A DNA stretch of 64,000 nt from positions 19,467-83,466 of the forward strand of contig JAFUOX010000061.1 of the NCBI GenBank assembly GCA_017481725.1, in the 5' to 3' direction. The notes beneath the pieces were generated by a model. It made no database searches and was not told the origin of the DNA. It was given only the letters and a program-made list of their open reading frames with translations. This DNA is from Kiritimatiellia bacterium (lineage in GTDB: Bacteria; Verrucomicrobiota; Kiritimatiellia; RFP12; UBA3636). Numbering within the stretch: the stretch's first letter is position 1; the number at the start of each line of letters is the position of its first letter. Positions 10,620 through 20,086 of the stretch are shown in pieces. Position numbers and translations under genes: made by a program.

Positions 10620-11966
10620 ATGAGTTGTGTAACAATAAATACAAATAAACTATTAGGCAAGATTAGGCTTATGAATTGTGTTAATAATGGGCCTGTTGGC
10701 TTGGCGGAAGACCCAGGACGAGGTAATTTTCAGACATATAAAAAGCTGAAAATACCATTTGCTCGCACACATGACTCAAACTTCTTTTCTGGCTATGGCG
10801 GACCTCATACTGTGGATGTAGGTGTAATCTTCCCTGATTTCGGAAAAGATGTGGATGACCCAGATGCTTATGATTTTCAGCTCACAGATGAGTATATTCA
10901 AAAAATAATAGCAGCAGGAACAGAGCCACTTTACAGACTTGGTGCGTCTATTGAGCATTGGTCTAAAAAATATCACACCCTGCCACCAAAGGATAATCAG
11001 AAGTGGGCAGAGGTTTGTGAGCATATCATTCGCCACTACACAGAGGGTTGGGCAAATGGATTTACCCATAAGATTAGATACTGGGAAATTTGGAATGAGC
11101 CAGATCTTGATGCAGAGGACTCAGATAATAAAAAATGCTGGGGTGGCACAAAGCTTCAATTTTTTGAGTTCTATAAGACGGTTGCTCTTCATTTAAAGAA
11201 ATGCTTTCCTCACTTGAAAATTGGAGGTCCCGCACTTGCATGGGATAAGGCTTGGCTTGATGATTTTCTAAAAATGATGTCTGGTGAGGGTTGTGAGGAA
11301 AAGCGTGTGCCGATAGATTTTATTTCTTGGCACAGGTATATGCGTAATCCATGGGATGTCCAAGAGGATGCAGATATTGTTGAAGCCATCATGAAGAAAT
11401 ATGGTTATGAAGCTGCGGAGAGCCATTTAAATGAATGGAATTATGTCCGTGGCTGGGCAACAGAGGCTTTTAATTATTCCATTGAAACAATAATTGGGAT
11501 GAAGGGAGCTGCCTTTACATTAGCAGCTATGATAGTTGGTCAGAATGTTAATAAGCTTGATATGATGATGTACTATGATGCACGTCCTACAGGAATGAAT
11601 GGGATTTGGGATCTCTATTTATATCGTCCGCTAAAGACATATTATAGCTTTGAAGCCTACAATAAGCTTGCGGAATATGGCACACAAATTGAAACTACAA
11701 CAGATGACAATGATGTGTATGTTTTGGGTGCACGTAGTGCAGACGGCAAGGTATGTACTGTATTTTCTCATTTTGTTGAAGAGGATACAAATGCACAACC
11801 AAAGACTGTTCGCATAAGCATTGATTCAGTAAATAGCAATCCTGTGAGCTATTTACTAGATGAAGCAAATAACCTTGCAGAGGTGCCTCTGTTAACTAAG
11901 TGTGGAGAAAATACATACGAGTTAACCCTGGCTCCAAATACAGTAGCAATGGTAGACTTTATCTAA
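10620..11966 (+). CDS. glycoside hydrolase (GH39/GH5-clan-like)
   Basis: 448 aa; RYWEIWNEPD motif typical of clan GH-A hydrolases; no signal peptide seen. Confidence 0.55.
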   Translation: MSCVTINTNKLLGKIRLMNCVNNGPVGLAEDPGRGNFQTYKKLKIPFARTHDSNFFSGYGGPHTVDVGVIFPDFGKDVDDPDAYDFQLTDEYIQKIIAAGTEPLYRLGASIEHWSKKYHTLPPKDNQKWAEVCEHIIRHYTEGWANGFTHKIRYWEIWNEPDLDAEDSDNKKCWGGTKLQFFEFYKTVALHLKKCFPHLKIGGPALAWDKAWLDDFLKMMSGEGCEEKRVPIDFISWHRYMRNPWDVQEDADIVEAIMKKYGYEAAESHLNEWNYVRGWATEAFNYSIETIIGMKGAAFTLAAMIVGQNVNKLDMMMYYDARPTGMNGIWDLYLYRPLKTYYSFEAYNKLAEYGTQIETTTDDNDVYVLGARSADGKVCTVFSHFVEEDTNAQPKTVRISIDSVNSNPVSYLLDEANNLAEVPLLTKCGENTYELTLAPNTVAMVDFI

Positions 11967-12700
11967 AACCCGCAGTAAGCAGCGCGAGCGTGATGGCTTG
12001 CGTGGTGGCTAAAAGTGCGAAGGGTAGGGACGCAGAGAGCGCAGAGGATGCTGGGGTGCGCTGAGCTCGTGTGGTGGCTTGTGTGGTGGTTCTGGGAGAT
12101 ACGCCAGCGCTTGTTGTTGGCTGTTGTTGCTCTCGTTGGAGCAGCACCAACTGCCAATCGCTGGTGTGTACGGCCCACAAGATCATTGAGTATGGGAGCG
12201 TACGTAAGCGTGATGCCTAAACGTCTAACGTCTCTCGTCATACGGGTCTCGTCTCTCGTCTCACGTCTCATGTCCCAGAGCGCGTGTCAACGCGTGGAGG
12301 GAGTTTAATGTCTATCTGTCTAATCGTCTGGCGGTGATTGTCTAAACGTCTTATCGTCTTTGGGTCGTACAACCGTCTAATTGTCTAATCGTCCCGGACG
12401 GAAGCGAAAGTGCGAAAATAAAATGTTTTAGCGCTTAGGGGACCTTGGGGACATAGGAGACCTTGGGGACAAATTTATTAAAGCGCTAGAAAATCTTGCT
12501 CTCTTGTCGCCAATGTTACCTATGTCCCCATTGTCTCCACCTAAAATAGAGAGCAAAGATGAAATTGTGCTACACATATTTCACATAAGTGTGATGCCTA
12601 AACGTGCGAAGGGAAGGGACGCACTTTTAGCCACAACGCAAGCCATCACGCTTGCCCCATTTGCCGTCAAAATGGGGCGCATTTGCTTTGCCTAATCACC
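11967..12700. repeat. GC-rich non-coding island carrying inverted and direct repeats (MITE-like element, copy 1)
   Basis: GC content far above flanks. 32-bp inverted repeat gcgtgatggcttgcgtKgtggctaaaagtgcg at ~11985 and ~12623. Core motif gtgcgaaggg(t/a)agggacgc at 12015 and 12604. CGTCT/TGTCTAA short-repeat clusters 12215-12395. gaccttggggaca x2 at 12441-12476. Confidence 0.55.
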
Positions 12701-12845
12701 GTACGAAAAAATAGAAGTTTAATTGAATAAAAGGTATTATTATTGTTGACATTGAGCAGTAAATTTAGTACTCTATACCAAGTTTTTTAACACGGAAAAG
12801 AATTTAGTTGTTCTATAGGAACTTATAGATAAGGGAATAATAAAC

Positions 12846-13004
12846 ATGAGCCAGCACAGCAGTCTAAAAGGATCAAGCAAAATTGTTATGCGTCGCAATG
12901 TTCTAAAGCGCCATGAGCGCGTTGAGCTAATGCGCAAGCGCGGTCAGTGGAAGGACGAGGAAGGCCGTGGCTACGGTCTCCCAAAGACTAAGCCTGAGGA
13001 ATAA
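12846..13004 (+). CDS. small basic hypothetical protein (52 aa)
   Basis: ATG at 12846, stop at 13002-13004; MSQHSSLKGSSKIVMRRNVLKRHERVELMRKRGQWKDEEGRGYGLPKTKPEE; not in the ORF track because shorter than 60 aa. Confidence 0.4.
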   Translation: MSQHSSLKGSSKIVMRRNVLKRHERVELMRKRGQWKDEEGRGYGLPKTKPEE

Positions 13005-13121
13005 TTTTACTTTTGAATATTCTGATCCAAGCACCACCGGATACGTTCTTGCGTTTTTCCGTTGGTGCTTGTTGTTTTTATAATATATCATTTTTCATGT
13101 CAAATTGAATTTGGGTCGTTT

Positions 13122-14138
13122 ATGAAGCTAAGATATATTTTGCCAATATTTTTTATAACAATCGTGTGCTCAGCAGCATATGTTGAGGTCACAGGAGATA
13201 AGGTTAATTTGCGTTCTGCAGCAGGTATGCCTAGCGATGTTGTGGGGCAAGTTAATAAAGGTGATTTGTTGGAGCTTCAGGGCAGTGTGGCAGATCCATG
13301 GGTTAAGGTAACACCTCCTAAGAGTGTGGATTTGTGGGTTTCTAGCCAATATGTGGAAAATGGTGTAGTTGTTGGGAATCGTGTTCGCGTGCGGGCTGGT
13401 GCTAGCGTCAATTATAAGGATGTAGGGATAATTGAAAAGGGCACAAAGGTTGAGGTTAGAGGCAAGGTTGGAGATTGGACTAAAATTGCACCCCCTAGTA
13501 CAACTAGTGTTTGGATAACCAATGCCTATGTTAAAGCCGCTAGACAAGCAGAGGAGCCAGTTAAGTCTCAACCAGCTGTTAAGAGTCAGCAACCTATAGA
13601 AAAGAAGCAACCTCAAGTAGAGACAAAGCCAGAGCCAGCTTCTAAATTGCAGCCAGTGGTGCAGGCTCCGGTTGTTGCTAAGCAACCACCTGCTGTTGCC
13701 AAGCAACCACCAGTTGCTAAACAACCATCTGCTGTTGCAAAACAACCACCAGTCGCTAAAAATAAGCCTTCCTCTAATGTAGATGAATCAAAGAAGGTGC
13801 GTAGAACATTTTTTGATACAAAAAAGGAGAAAAATGACTCTCTAATAGGTCCAGCAAAGGTGCCTCAGTCAAAGCTTAGAGATGATTGCAATCAAGCAGT
13901 GACAGCTTCTTATACTGGTCGCCTAGAAGTCGCTCCAAAAAATGCACCAGCTCGCTTTCGTCTAGTTCGTGATGTTCCTGGCTCTCGTTTGACAGAAACA
14001 GAGTGCTATATTATTGGTAACGCAACACAATTAAATTCAATAAAAGGACAAAGCTTTACCTTTGAGGGTCCTGTCTATTGGTTTAAAGGAACAAGTGTTC
14101 CTACAATATACACGCAAGCAATTATTAAGGTGCGCTAA
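13122..14138 (+). CDS. secreted protein with two bacterial SH3 (SH3b) domains and a KQPP-rich linker
   Basis: signal peptide MKLRYILPIFFITIVCSAAYV; VNLRSAAG...GDLLEL and VRVRAGAS...GTKVEV SH3b-like segments; likely start at 13122 rather than 13062. Confidence 0.6.
   Translation: MKLRYILPIFFITIVCSAAYVEVTGDKVNLRSAAGMPSDVVGQVNKGDLLELQGSVADPWVKVTPPKSVDLWVSSQYVENGVVVGNRVRVRAGASVNYKDVGIIEKGTKVEVRGKVGDWTKIAPPSTTSVWITNAYVKAARQAEEPVKSQPAVKSQQPIEKKQPQVETKPEPASKLQPVVQAPVVAKQPPAVAKQPPVAKQPSAVAKQPPVAKNKPSSNVDESKKVRRTFFDTKKEKNDSLIGPAKVPQSKLRDDCNQAVTASYTGRLEVAPKNAPARFRLVRDVPGSRLTETECYIIGNATQLNSIKGQSFTFEGPVYWFKGTSVPTIYTQAIIKVR
13678..13760 (+). repeat. in-frame tandem repeat encoding AKQPP(A/V)VAKQPP units
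   Basis: gctaagcaaccacc / gccaagcaaccacc / gctaaacaaccatc / gcaaaacaaccacc direct repeats. Confidence 0.6.
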
Positions 14139-14980
14139 TGAAAGTAGATGTGGCAAAATCGGCTGGCTTTTGCTGGGGAGTACGCCGTGCTGTAGAACTC
14201 GCCCACAAAACTGCAGAAAAATTTGGAACAAAGGTTTTTACAGACGGGCCATTGATTCATAATAGTGCAATGATGCAAAAACTCGAGGAGGGTGGCGTAA
14301 GTGTTTGCAAAGACCCTGCCACATTGCCTGAAAATTCTGTGTTAATTATACGTGCTCACGGTATTCCGCCAGAACGCCAAAAATTTTTAGAAAGCTTGCC
14401 AATTCAATTAGTTGATGCAACTTGTTTGGATGTGCGCCGCATTCATAATGTAATTTCTAAATATGCGGAGCAAGGATATTTTTGCATAATCTTAGGCGAT
14501 AAGGCACACGCAGAGGTAATTGGACTTATGGGGTATGCAATTTCTGGAGAAGCTGTGGTTAGCTCAGCTGCTGAGGTTGCTGCGATTGATAATAAAGGGA
14601 AGCCTGTGTGTCTTGTTGCTCAGTCTACACAAGCTCAAGCTCTGTTTGATGAGGTTGCAACAGCAGTTAAAGCACGGTTTGGTGAGGCAGCTGTGATTGA
14701 GAATACAATTTGTAGAGCAACACAATCTCGTCAAGGAGAGCTAAAGACATTGGCTGCGGCTGCAGATGCTTTTGTTATAGTTGGCTCCCCTGAAAGTGCA
14801 AATACGCAGCGCTTGGCTCTTCTTGCAAAGGAGCTTTTGCCGACATACGTGGTGGATTCTCCTGAGCAATTAAATGCTGCCGAGCTATCACAATATAAAC
14901 ATATTGCAATTAGTGCAGGTGCTTCAACTCCAGATTTTACAATTAAAGGCGTTGAAAAGATTATTCGTGACCTTGATTAA
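14138..14980 (+). CDS. ispH: 4-hydroxy-3-methylbut-2-enyl diphosphate reductase
   Basis: 280 aa; N-terminus MKVDVAKSAGFCWGVRRAV typical of IspH/LytB. Confidence 0.85.
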   Translation: MKVDVAKSAGFCWGVRRAVELAHKTAEKFGTKVFTDGPLIHNSAMMQKLEEGGVSVCKDPATLPENSVLIIRAHGIPPERQKFLESLPIQLVDATCLDVRRIHNVISKYAEQGYFCIILGDKAHAEVIGLMGYAISGEAVVSSAAEVAAIDNKGKPVCLVAQSTQAQALFDEVATAVKARFGEAAVIENTICRATQSRQGELKTLAAAADAFVIVGSPESANTQRLALLAKELLPTYVVDSPEQLNAAELSQYKHIAISAGASTPDFTIKGVEKIIRDLD

Positions 14981-15011
14981 ATTTAAAATATATAAAATTG
15001 GGCAATAAAAG

Positions 15012-15869
15012 ATGAAGATTTTAAGAACAAAGCAAGAGGTTTCTGCTTGGGCAGATGAACAGCATAAAAATGGTTTAACAGTTGGACTTGTTCCAACAAT
15101 GGGATATTTGCATGAAGGCCATCTTTCTTTGATGCGTATTGCAAAGAAAAATTCAGATGCCGTGATTGTCTCTATTTTTGTTAATCCAACACAATTTGGC
15201 CCTAACGAGGATTTTGAAAAATATCCACGCGATGAAAAGCGAGACTTTGCACTTTGTGAAGCAGAGGGCGTTACAGCTGTGTTTGCTCCAGAATCAACAG
15301 AGATGTATCAAGGGGATAGCTCAGTTGTTCTTCAGGAAAATAAGCTTTCTAAGGTGATGTGCGGTATTTCGCGTCCAATACATTTCTCTGGCGTATTAAC
15401 TGTTGTAAACAAGCTTTTCAACATAAGTAGGGCAGATGTGGCAGTGTTTGGACAAAAGGATGCACAGCAGCTAGCAATTATTCGTAGAATGGTTCGTGAT
15501 TTGGATATGCCAATAAAGCTAATAGGTGCTCCAATTGTGCGTGAGTCAGATAATTTGGCAATGAGCTCACGTAATACATATTTAACAGCAGAGGATCGAG
15601 CAGCTGCATTAAATATTTCCAAGACTCTATTAGCACTTCAAACAGAGTGGAAGCAAAATGAGAGTTGGACCACTCAGATTGTAAAGCAACGCATTACCGA
15701 TGGCATAGAAGGTGGTTCAAATGGTTATGTGAAGCTAGAGTATATTGCTATAGTTGATGCAGATAATCTTGAGGAGCGTCCAGCAGAAGCTCAGCTAATG
15801 AGCAACACGCTTGTGGCTATTGCGGCACAGGTTGGTAAAACCCGCTTAATAGATAATGTTGTTTTATAA
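15012..15869 (+). CDS. panC: pantoate--beta-alanine ligase
   Basis: 285 aa; PTMGYLHEGHLSL HIGH-type motif. Confidence 0.9.
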   Translation: MKILRTKQEVSAWADEQHKNGLTVGLVPTMGYLHEGHLSLMRIAKKNSDAVIVSIFVNPTQFGPNEDFEKYPRDEKRDFALCEAEGVTAVFAPESTEMYQGDSSVVLQENKLSKVMCGISRPIHFSGVLTVVNKLFNISRADVAVFGQKDAQQLAIIRRMVRDLDMPIKLIGAPIVRESDNLAMSSRNTYLTAEDRAAALNISKTLLALQTEWKQNESWTTQIVKQRITDGIEGGSNGYVKLEYIAIVDADNLEERPAEAQLMSNTLVAIAAQVGKTRLIDNVVL

Positions 15870-15884
15870 ACAAAAATAGATAAT

Positions 15885-15918
15885 AAAAAAAGGCGTCATT
15901 CGGAACGCCTTTTTTATT
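15885..15918. terminator. bidirectional Rho-independent terminator between convergent panC and panB
   Basis: aaaaaaggcgtcattcggaacgccttttttatt: GC stem flanked by an A-run and a T-run. Confidence 0.65.
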
Positions 15919-16020
15919 GAATTATGTGGAGTAGTTGATGGAGCAGTGTACATGCTTGTGATACGCTTGCACCACATTAATAATGAACCTTGCTACTCGG
16001 ATTAGTTCTGTCACCACAAT

Positions 16021-16815
16021 CTATTCATAGATGTTATCAGCAGAAGGGAAAACACCATTCTCCACTTCTTCCATATATTGCTTTACTGCAGAGATCGCTT
16101 CCTCGCGCATATTTGCATATAGCTTAACAAATTTTGGGAGCTTGCAACCATTCATTCCGAGCATATCAGAAATAACAATAATTTGTCCATCGGTGGCAGC
16201 ACCTGCACCAATCCCAATGACAGGAATATCTACGCTGGATGTAATCTTTTCTGCAAGCCCAGATGTGGCACACTCGATAACTACGCAAAATGCACCAGCT
16301 TCAGTTACTGCTTTTGCATCAGCCATTATAGAAGCAACCTCTTCCTCGGTCTTTCCTTTATAAGCATAACCAGATTGCTTTATGTTTTGTGGTAGCATCC
16401 CAATATGTGCCATAACAGGTATGCCATTTTCAACAAGCTTTGAAATTAATTTAGCTCTACAAACCCCACCTTCTAGCTTCACAGCATCGGCGCCAGCTTC
16501 TTGAATAAATCTGCCAGCATTGCGGATGGCTTCCGTTTCGTCAATCTGATATGAAAGGAAAGGCATGTCTGCAACAACTACTGCATTCTTGCAGCCCCTA
16601 CGCACCGCCTTAGTGTGGTGTACCATTATGTCCATTGTTACAGGGACAGTAGACTCAAACCCAAGTGCGGTTGGTCCAAGTGAATCGCCTACTAAAATAA
16701 GAGGGACTCCTGCTGTATCTGCAATACTTGCCGTAATTGCATCATAGGCGGTAATAGTAGCAAATTTTCCTTTACCCTTAAGAGCTTTTATTTTTTTTGG
16801 TGTCCATGCTGTCAT
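16021..16815 (-). CDS. panB: 3-methyl-2-oxobutanoate hydroxymethyltransferase
   Basis: 264 aa; TAYD...LVGDSLG motifs. Confidence 0.9.
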   Translation of the reverse strand: MTAWTPKKIKALKGKGKFATITAYDAITASIADTAGVPLILVGDSLGPTALGFESTVPVTMDIMVHHTKAVRRGCKNAVVVADMPFLSYQIDETEAIRNAGRFIQEAGADAVKLEGGVCRAKLISKLVENGIPVMAHIGMLPQNIKQSGYAYKGKTEEEVASIMADAKAVTEAGAFCVVIECATSGLAEKITSSVDIPVIGIGAGAATDGQIIVISDMLGMNGCKLPKFVKLYANMREEAISAVKQYMEEVENGVFPSADNIYE

Positions 16816-16826
16816 AATATGTCCCC

Positions 16827-17993
16827 TTAAATAGAAGAGAGAGGAATTCTCTTTCTTAAATATGTTGGCTCATCGAGATTTTCTCCTCTGTATACAATCC
16901 CTTGAGTTCCTCTAAATACTTCACAAAGCGGAGAATTTGTGTTGGTTTGTGGAGTAACAATTTTTTTGTAATCTCCAATTGAGCTCATTGCTTGTGTAGG
17001 CTTGCTAATGTGTTCTATTGTTGCCTCTGGAATTGAGGCATATTGCTCTACCCAGTTTTTAAATAGTAATGTGATGATTTCAATGGAACCATCTAAAGTT
17101 GGATCTATTGCGGTGCCAAGAGCAATTGAGGTGTCTTGAGGTAGCTGTGTTGTCAAGCAGGATACAATTTCACTGATTTCATTTAAACGTAAATCTGTGC
17201 CACCATAAACGCCGACAATGGCATGCTTGATATCATTTGAATGAACATTAACGCCTGTGTTACCACTTAATAATTGGGGTATTACCTCTTGCATTCGAGT
17301 TTCACCATAGGCAATTCCTTTTGATAGATAAAACTGTCCACGACCCTTTTTTGTGCAAGAGAGTAGGGTTGCTAAATCAAGATTAATGTAGCCTGGCTTT
17401 TTAAATAATCTCCAAAGCATTGTAATGCCAGAAATAATATGCTCTGAAGATTCCTCCATTGCATCATATAGTGATACTTCTGTTTGTGAAAGAAGAGAAC
17501 CACAAAGATCGTCATTTTTAAAAAAGCAATAAATATCAGCTAATTCGCAAATATTTTTTACGGCAGTATTTGCAATTTTGTTTTTTTCACTTCCTTCTAT
17601 TGAAAAAGGAAAAACAATAAAAACCATAGTAGGTATTGATAAACTGCGTGCTACTTGTAAAAGAGCTGGCGTAATTGTAGAGCCAGTGCCTCCTCCAATG
17701 CCTGTGACCACAATAGCTAAAGAGGTTTCTGCTTTTTTTAAATTCTTGCGTAGCTCTGATTGGATATCATTCGCAGTCATTCTCGCTGTTGCAATAACTC
17801 CTCCTGTGCCAAGTCCATCAAAACGATTTTGACCAACAAGTAGAGTTTTGCAATATGGCGACTGCTCTTTATTTTCAAGAGCAATTGAATCGGTATCAAT
17901 GCAAATTGCTTGCATTTGGTTTTGTATTGCTGCTTGATATGCAATATTTGATCCGCATCCACCGATACCAAAAATTGTAAATTTTTCTAGCAT
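16827..17993 (-). CDS. ftsZ: cell division GTPase FtsZ
   Basis: 388 aa; tubulin signature GIGGGTGSTITP; position downstream of ftsA. Confidence 0.8.
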   Translation of the reverse strand: MLEKFTIFGIGGCGSNIAYQAAIQNQMQAICIDTDSIALENKEQSPYCKTLLVGQNRFDGLGTGGVIATARMTANDIQSELRKNLKKAETSLAIVVTGIGGGTGSTITPALLQVARSLSIPTMVFIVFPFSIEGSEKNKIANTAVKNICELADIYCFFKNDDLCGSLLSQTEVSLYDAMEESSEHIISGITMLWRLFKKPGYINLDLATLLSCTKKGRGQFYLSKGIAYGETRMQEVIPQLLSGNTGVNVHSNDIKHAIVGVYGGTDLRLNEISEIVSCLTTQLPQDTSIALGTAIDPTLDGSIEIITLLFKNWVEQYASIPEATIEHISKPTQAMSSIGDYKKIVTPQTNTNSPLCEVFRGTQGIVYRGENLDEPTYLRKRIPLSSI

Positions 17994-18052
17994 AGCTTAT
18001 TTGAATTTATTTGTTGTTGGGGAAAATGATTACTTCGTTAGAATATTAAGAT

Positions 18053-19252
18053 TTAGCCAAATATCTTTTGGAAGATTTTTTTTATTTTATTATCTGACCT
18101 CTTCTTCCGTTCCTCTAAAATAGCCTCTTTAGTACAACATTCAGCAGCACCAATTAGAGGCACGTATGCTGTGGTGTTTGCACCTGGTTTGATTAGATTT
18201 GCAGGGAGTGGAGGGTTGGCAATCTTGCATGGGCGTTCAAAAATATTGCTTGTAAGAGTGGTTAGGTTATTTAATAATGCCCCTTTTCCACAGATGACAA
18301 TGTTTGTGATTGCTTCGATAAGATTATCCCTGCTAATATACTCATGGATGATGCGTAGGGTCTCGTCCATTCTGGCATTGATTACACGAGAGAGATCGCA
18401 CTGATCAATTACTTTGTTTGTGAAATCTTGTTGATATTCAAGCAATTGGTGCTTTGAAATTATTGTTGCAGAGCCATACTGGCGCTTTAATGTCTCAGAG
18501 ATTTTTGCAGTAGTTTTAAAGGCACAGTGAATATCGTTGGTTATATGATCTCCACCGATAGGAATGCCACCTACTGCACGAGGATTTTTGCCTACATATG
18601 CAGCCCAAGTTGTTGAGCCACCTCCAAAATTAATTACAAGCACACCTTCTTCGCGTTGCTGTGGTGTTGTTGCACCAAGTGCTGAGCACAAACCAGAAAT
18701 ATATACCTTTTCGTAGTCAAGAGAGCAATCCTCAAGAGTGTTTAATATGTTCTCGATTCTATTTTTATCTACATGTAGGCGGATTAGATTTGTGTGGATT
18801 GATTGTGCCGTCATGCCAATTGGGTTGTCCACTCTTTGTGTTCCATTTAGCATGTAATCCAGCAGAATGTCTTCCACAATGAAACGATCTTCTTGTAGGT
18901 GTGTGGTTTTTGCATTTTGCAATGCATTATGAATATCACCATGCTCTATGACGGCATTGTTGCTTTGAAGCGTTTGCATGCCAGAAATTTGCTCGCAATC
19001 AATATTACCACCAGAGTAAATTAAATTTACTGAGCGTATTTGTATATCACCACCACACATTAGGGAGAGGGATTTTAGTGCAGTTTTTATAGAAGTGATT
19101 GTGTTGTCTTTATTGACAATTTCACTTTTTTTTACACCGGTATTTACGGCTTCAGCCATAGCAATTATCTTATAAGATCCATTTTCATTTGGCTGAATTA
19201 CTATCCCTCGGGTATATGAGGTGCCGATTTCAAGAATGACGCTTAATTCCAT
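18053..19252 (-). CDS. ftsA: cell division protein FtsA (actin-like ATPase)
   Basis: 399 aa; actin-fold motifs (INFGGGSTT, DIGTS-like N-terminus); synteny ftsQ-ftsA-ftsZ. Confidence 0.8.
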   Translation of the reverse strand: MELSVILEIGTSYTRGIVIQPNENGSYKIIAMAEAVNTGVKKSEIVNKDNTITSIKTALKSLSLMCGGDIQIRSVNLIYSGGNIDCEQISGMQTLQSNNAVIEHGDIHNALQNAKTTHLQEDRFIVEDILLDYMLNGTQRVDNPIGMTAQSIHTNLIRLHVDKNRIENILNTLEDCSLDYEKVYISGLCSALGATTPQQREEGVLVINFGGGSTTWAAYVGKNPRAVGGIPIGGDHITNDIHCAFKTTAKISETLKRQYGSATIISKHQLLEYQQDFTNKVIDQCDLSRVINARMDETLRIIHEYISRDNLIEAITNIVICGKGALLNNLTTLTSNIFERPCKIANPPLPANLIKPGANTTAYVPLIGAAECCTKEAILEERKKRSDNKIKKIFQKIFG

Positions 19253-19300
19253 AAAATTTCAAAACCGATTGGGGTGTTTATCAAAAATGATGCTTGTTCA

Positions 19301-20086
19301 CTACATTTGTGCAAAATGAGCTCTACTTTCTTTTACAAGAACAATAATTTTAGAAAGAGGGCTATTGCCTCCTTTAATCATGGCATTTACTGCAATTTCT
19401 ATTCCTTTTGAGATTAGCTGTTCATCAGTAAGCTCTTCCCACGCAATAAAAATGTTTTTGTTTTTGTTTGTACGTAGAATTATGTAAATTTCATTGCTAG
19501 TATCAATTTGCGTAATGCTAAAGCTTGGGTCTATTATTGTATTAAATTTTGTAATAATATCTAATGCCAATTGTGCTTTTGAATTTAATGTATCGCCAGG
19601 ACGTAGAAGAACTGCTTCTTCATCAAGTAGTATTGGTATTGTTTCAAAAATATCGGAGGTGGTATTATGCTTTGTTGCCATAAATACCTTACCCGTATCG
19701 TCAGTTACATATAGCAAGTTCTCGGATAGGCGCATTATTGGCACTCTATGAGAGATGTCAACATAGACAGTTGATGGAAGCTTTTTTTTAATTTTAACGC
19801 TACGAATGTGATGAAGCTTTTCTTCGATTATAGAGCTTGTTTTCTTGGCGTTAAAGCTAAAAATATTTTTCCCATTTGCTATGTTGTAGGATTCTAATAG
19901 ACTTGAAAGGTATTGTTTGTCATTATCAAGATTTATTGTTTTTATCTCAAACTGTTCGCCATTGACGATTAAAAGCTGATAAAGAACAATTAAACCAATG
20001 AAAAAAGCAACAGTAATCACCCCGCCGATGATGTTTCTTGTTTTTTGTCTTAGTCGCATTTTGCCTCCTCTATAACCATAGAGCAA
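19301..20086 (-). CDS. ftsQ: cell division protein FtsQ/DivIB-like (single TM plus POTRA)
   Basis: 261 aa; N-terminal TM helix IIGGVITVAFFIGLIVLY; synteny. The start is possibly at the internal Met (20059), which would reduce the overlap with ddl. Confidence 0.55.
   Translation of the reverse strand: MLYGYRGGKMRLRQKTRNIIGGVITVAFFIGLIVLYQLLIVNGEQFEIKTINLDNDKQYLSSLLESYNIANGKNIFSFNAKKTSSIIEEKLHHIRSVKIKKKLPSTVYVDISHRVPIMRLSENLLYVTDDTGKVFMATKHNTTSDIFETIPILLDEEAVLLRPGDTLNSKAQLALDIITKFNTIIDPSFSITQIDTSNEIYIILRTNKNKNIFIAWEELTDEQLISKGIEIAVNAMIKGGNSPLSKIIVLVKESRAHFAQM

Noticed and set aside
11959-12695. Six-frame ORFs 11959..12186(-), 11963..12271(-), 12015..12308(+), 12504..12695(+) inside the GC-rich island
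   Set aside because: They overlap each other on both strands, lack RBS, have Arg/Ala/Thr-biased low-complexity translations typical of GC-rich non-coding DNA, and coincide with inverted/direct repeats. They are treated as part of a repeat element, not as genes.
11967-12700. GC-rich islands as tmRNA, RNase P RNA or SRP RNA
   Set aside because: There is no tRNA-like acceptor/T-arm ending CCA with a tag-peptide ORF, no RNase P P4 motifs and no SRP domain IV GGAA tetraloop context. The repeat content fits a mobile or repetitive element better.
17578-18882. Plus-strand ORFs 17578..17832, 18171..18404, 18661..18882 within ftsZ/ftsA
   Set aside because: They lie antisense to well-supported division genes and have no RBS or conserved features.
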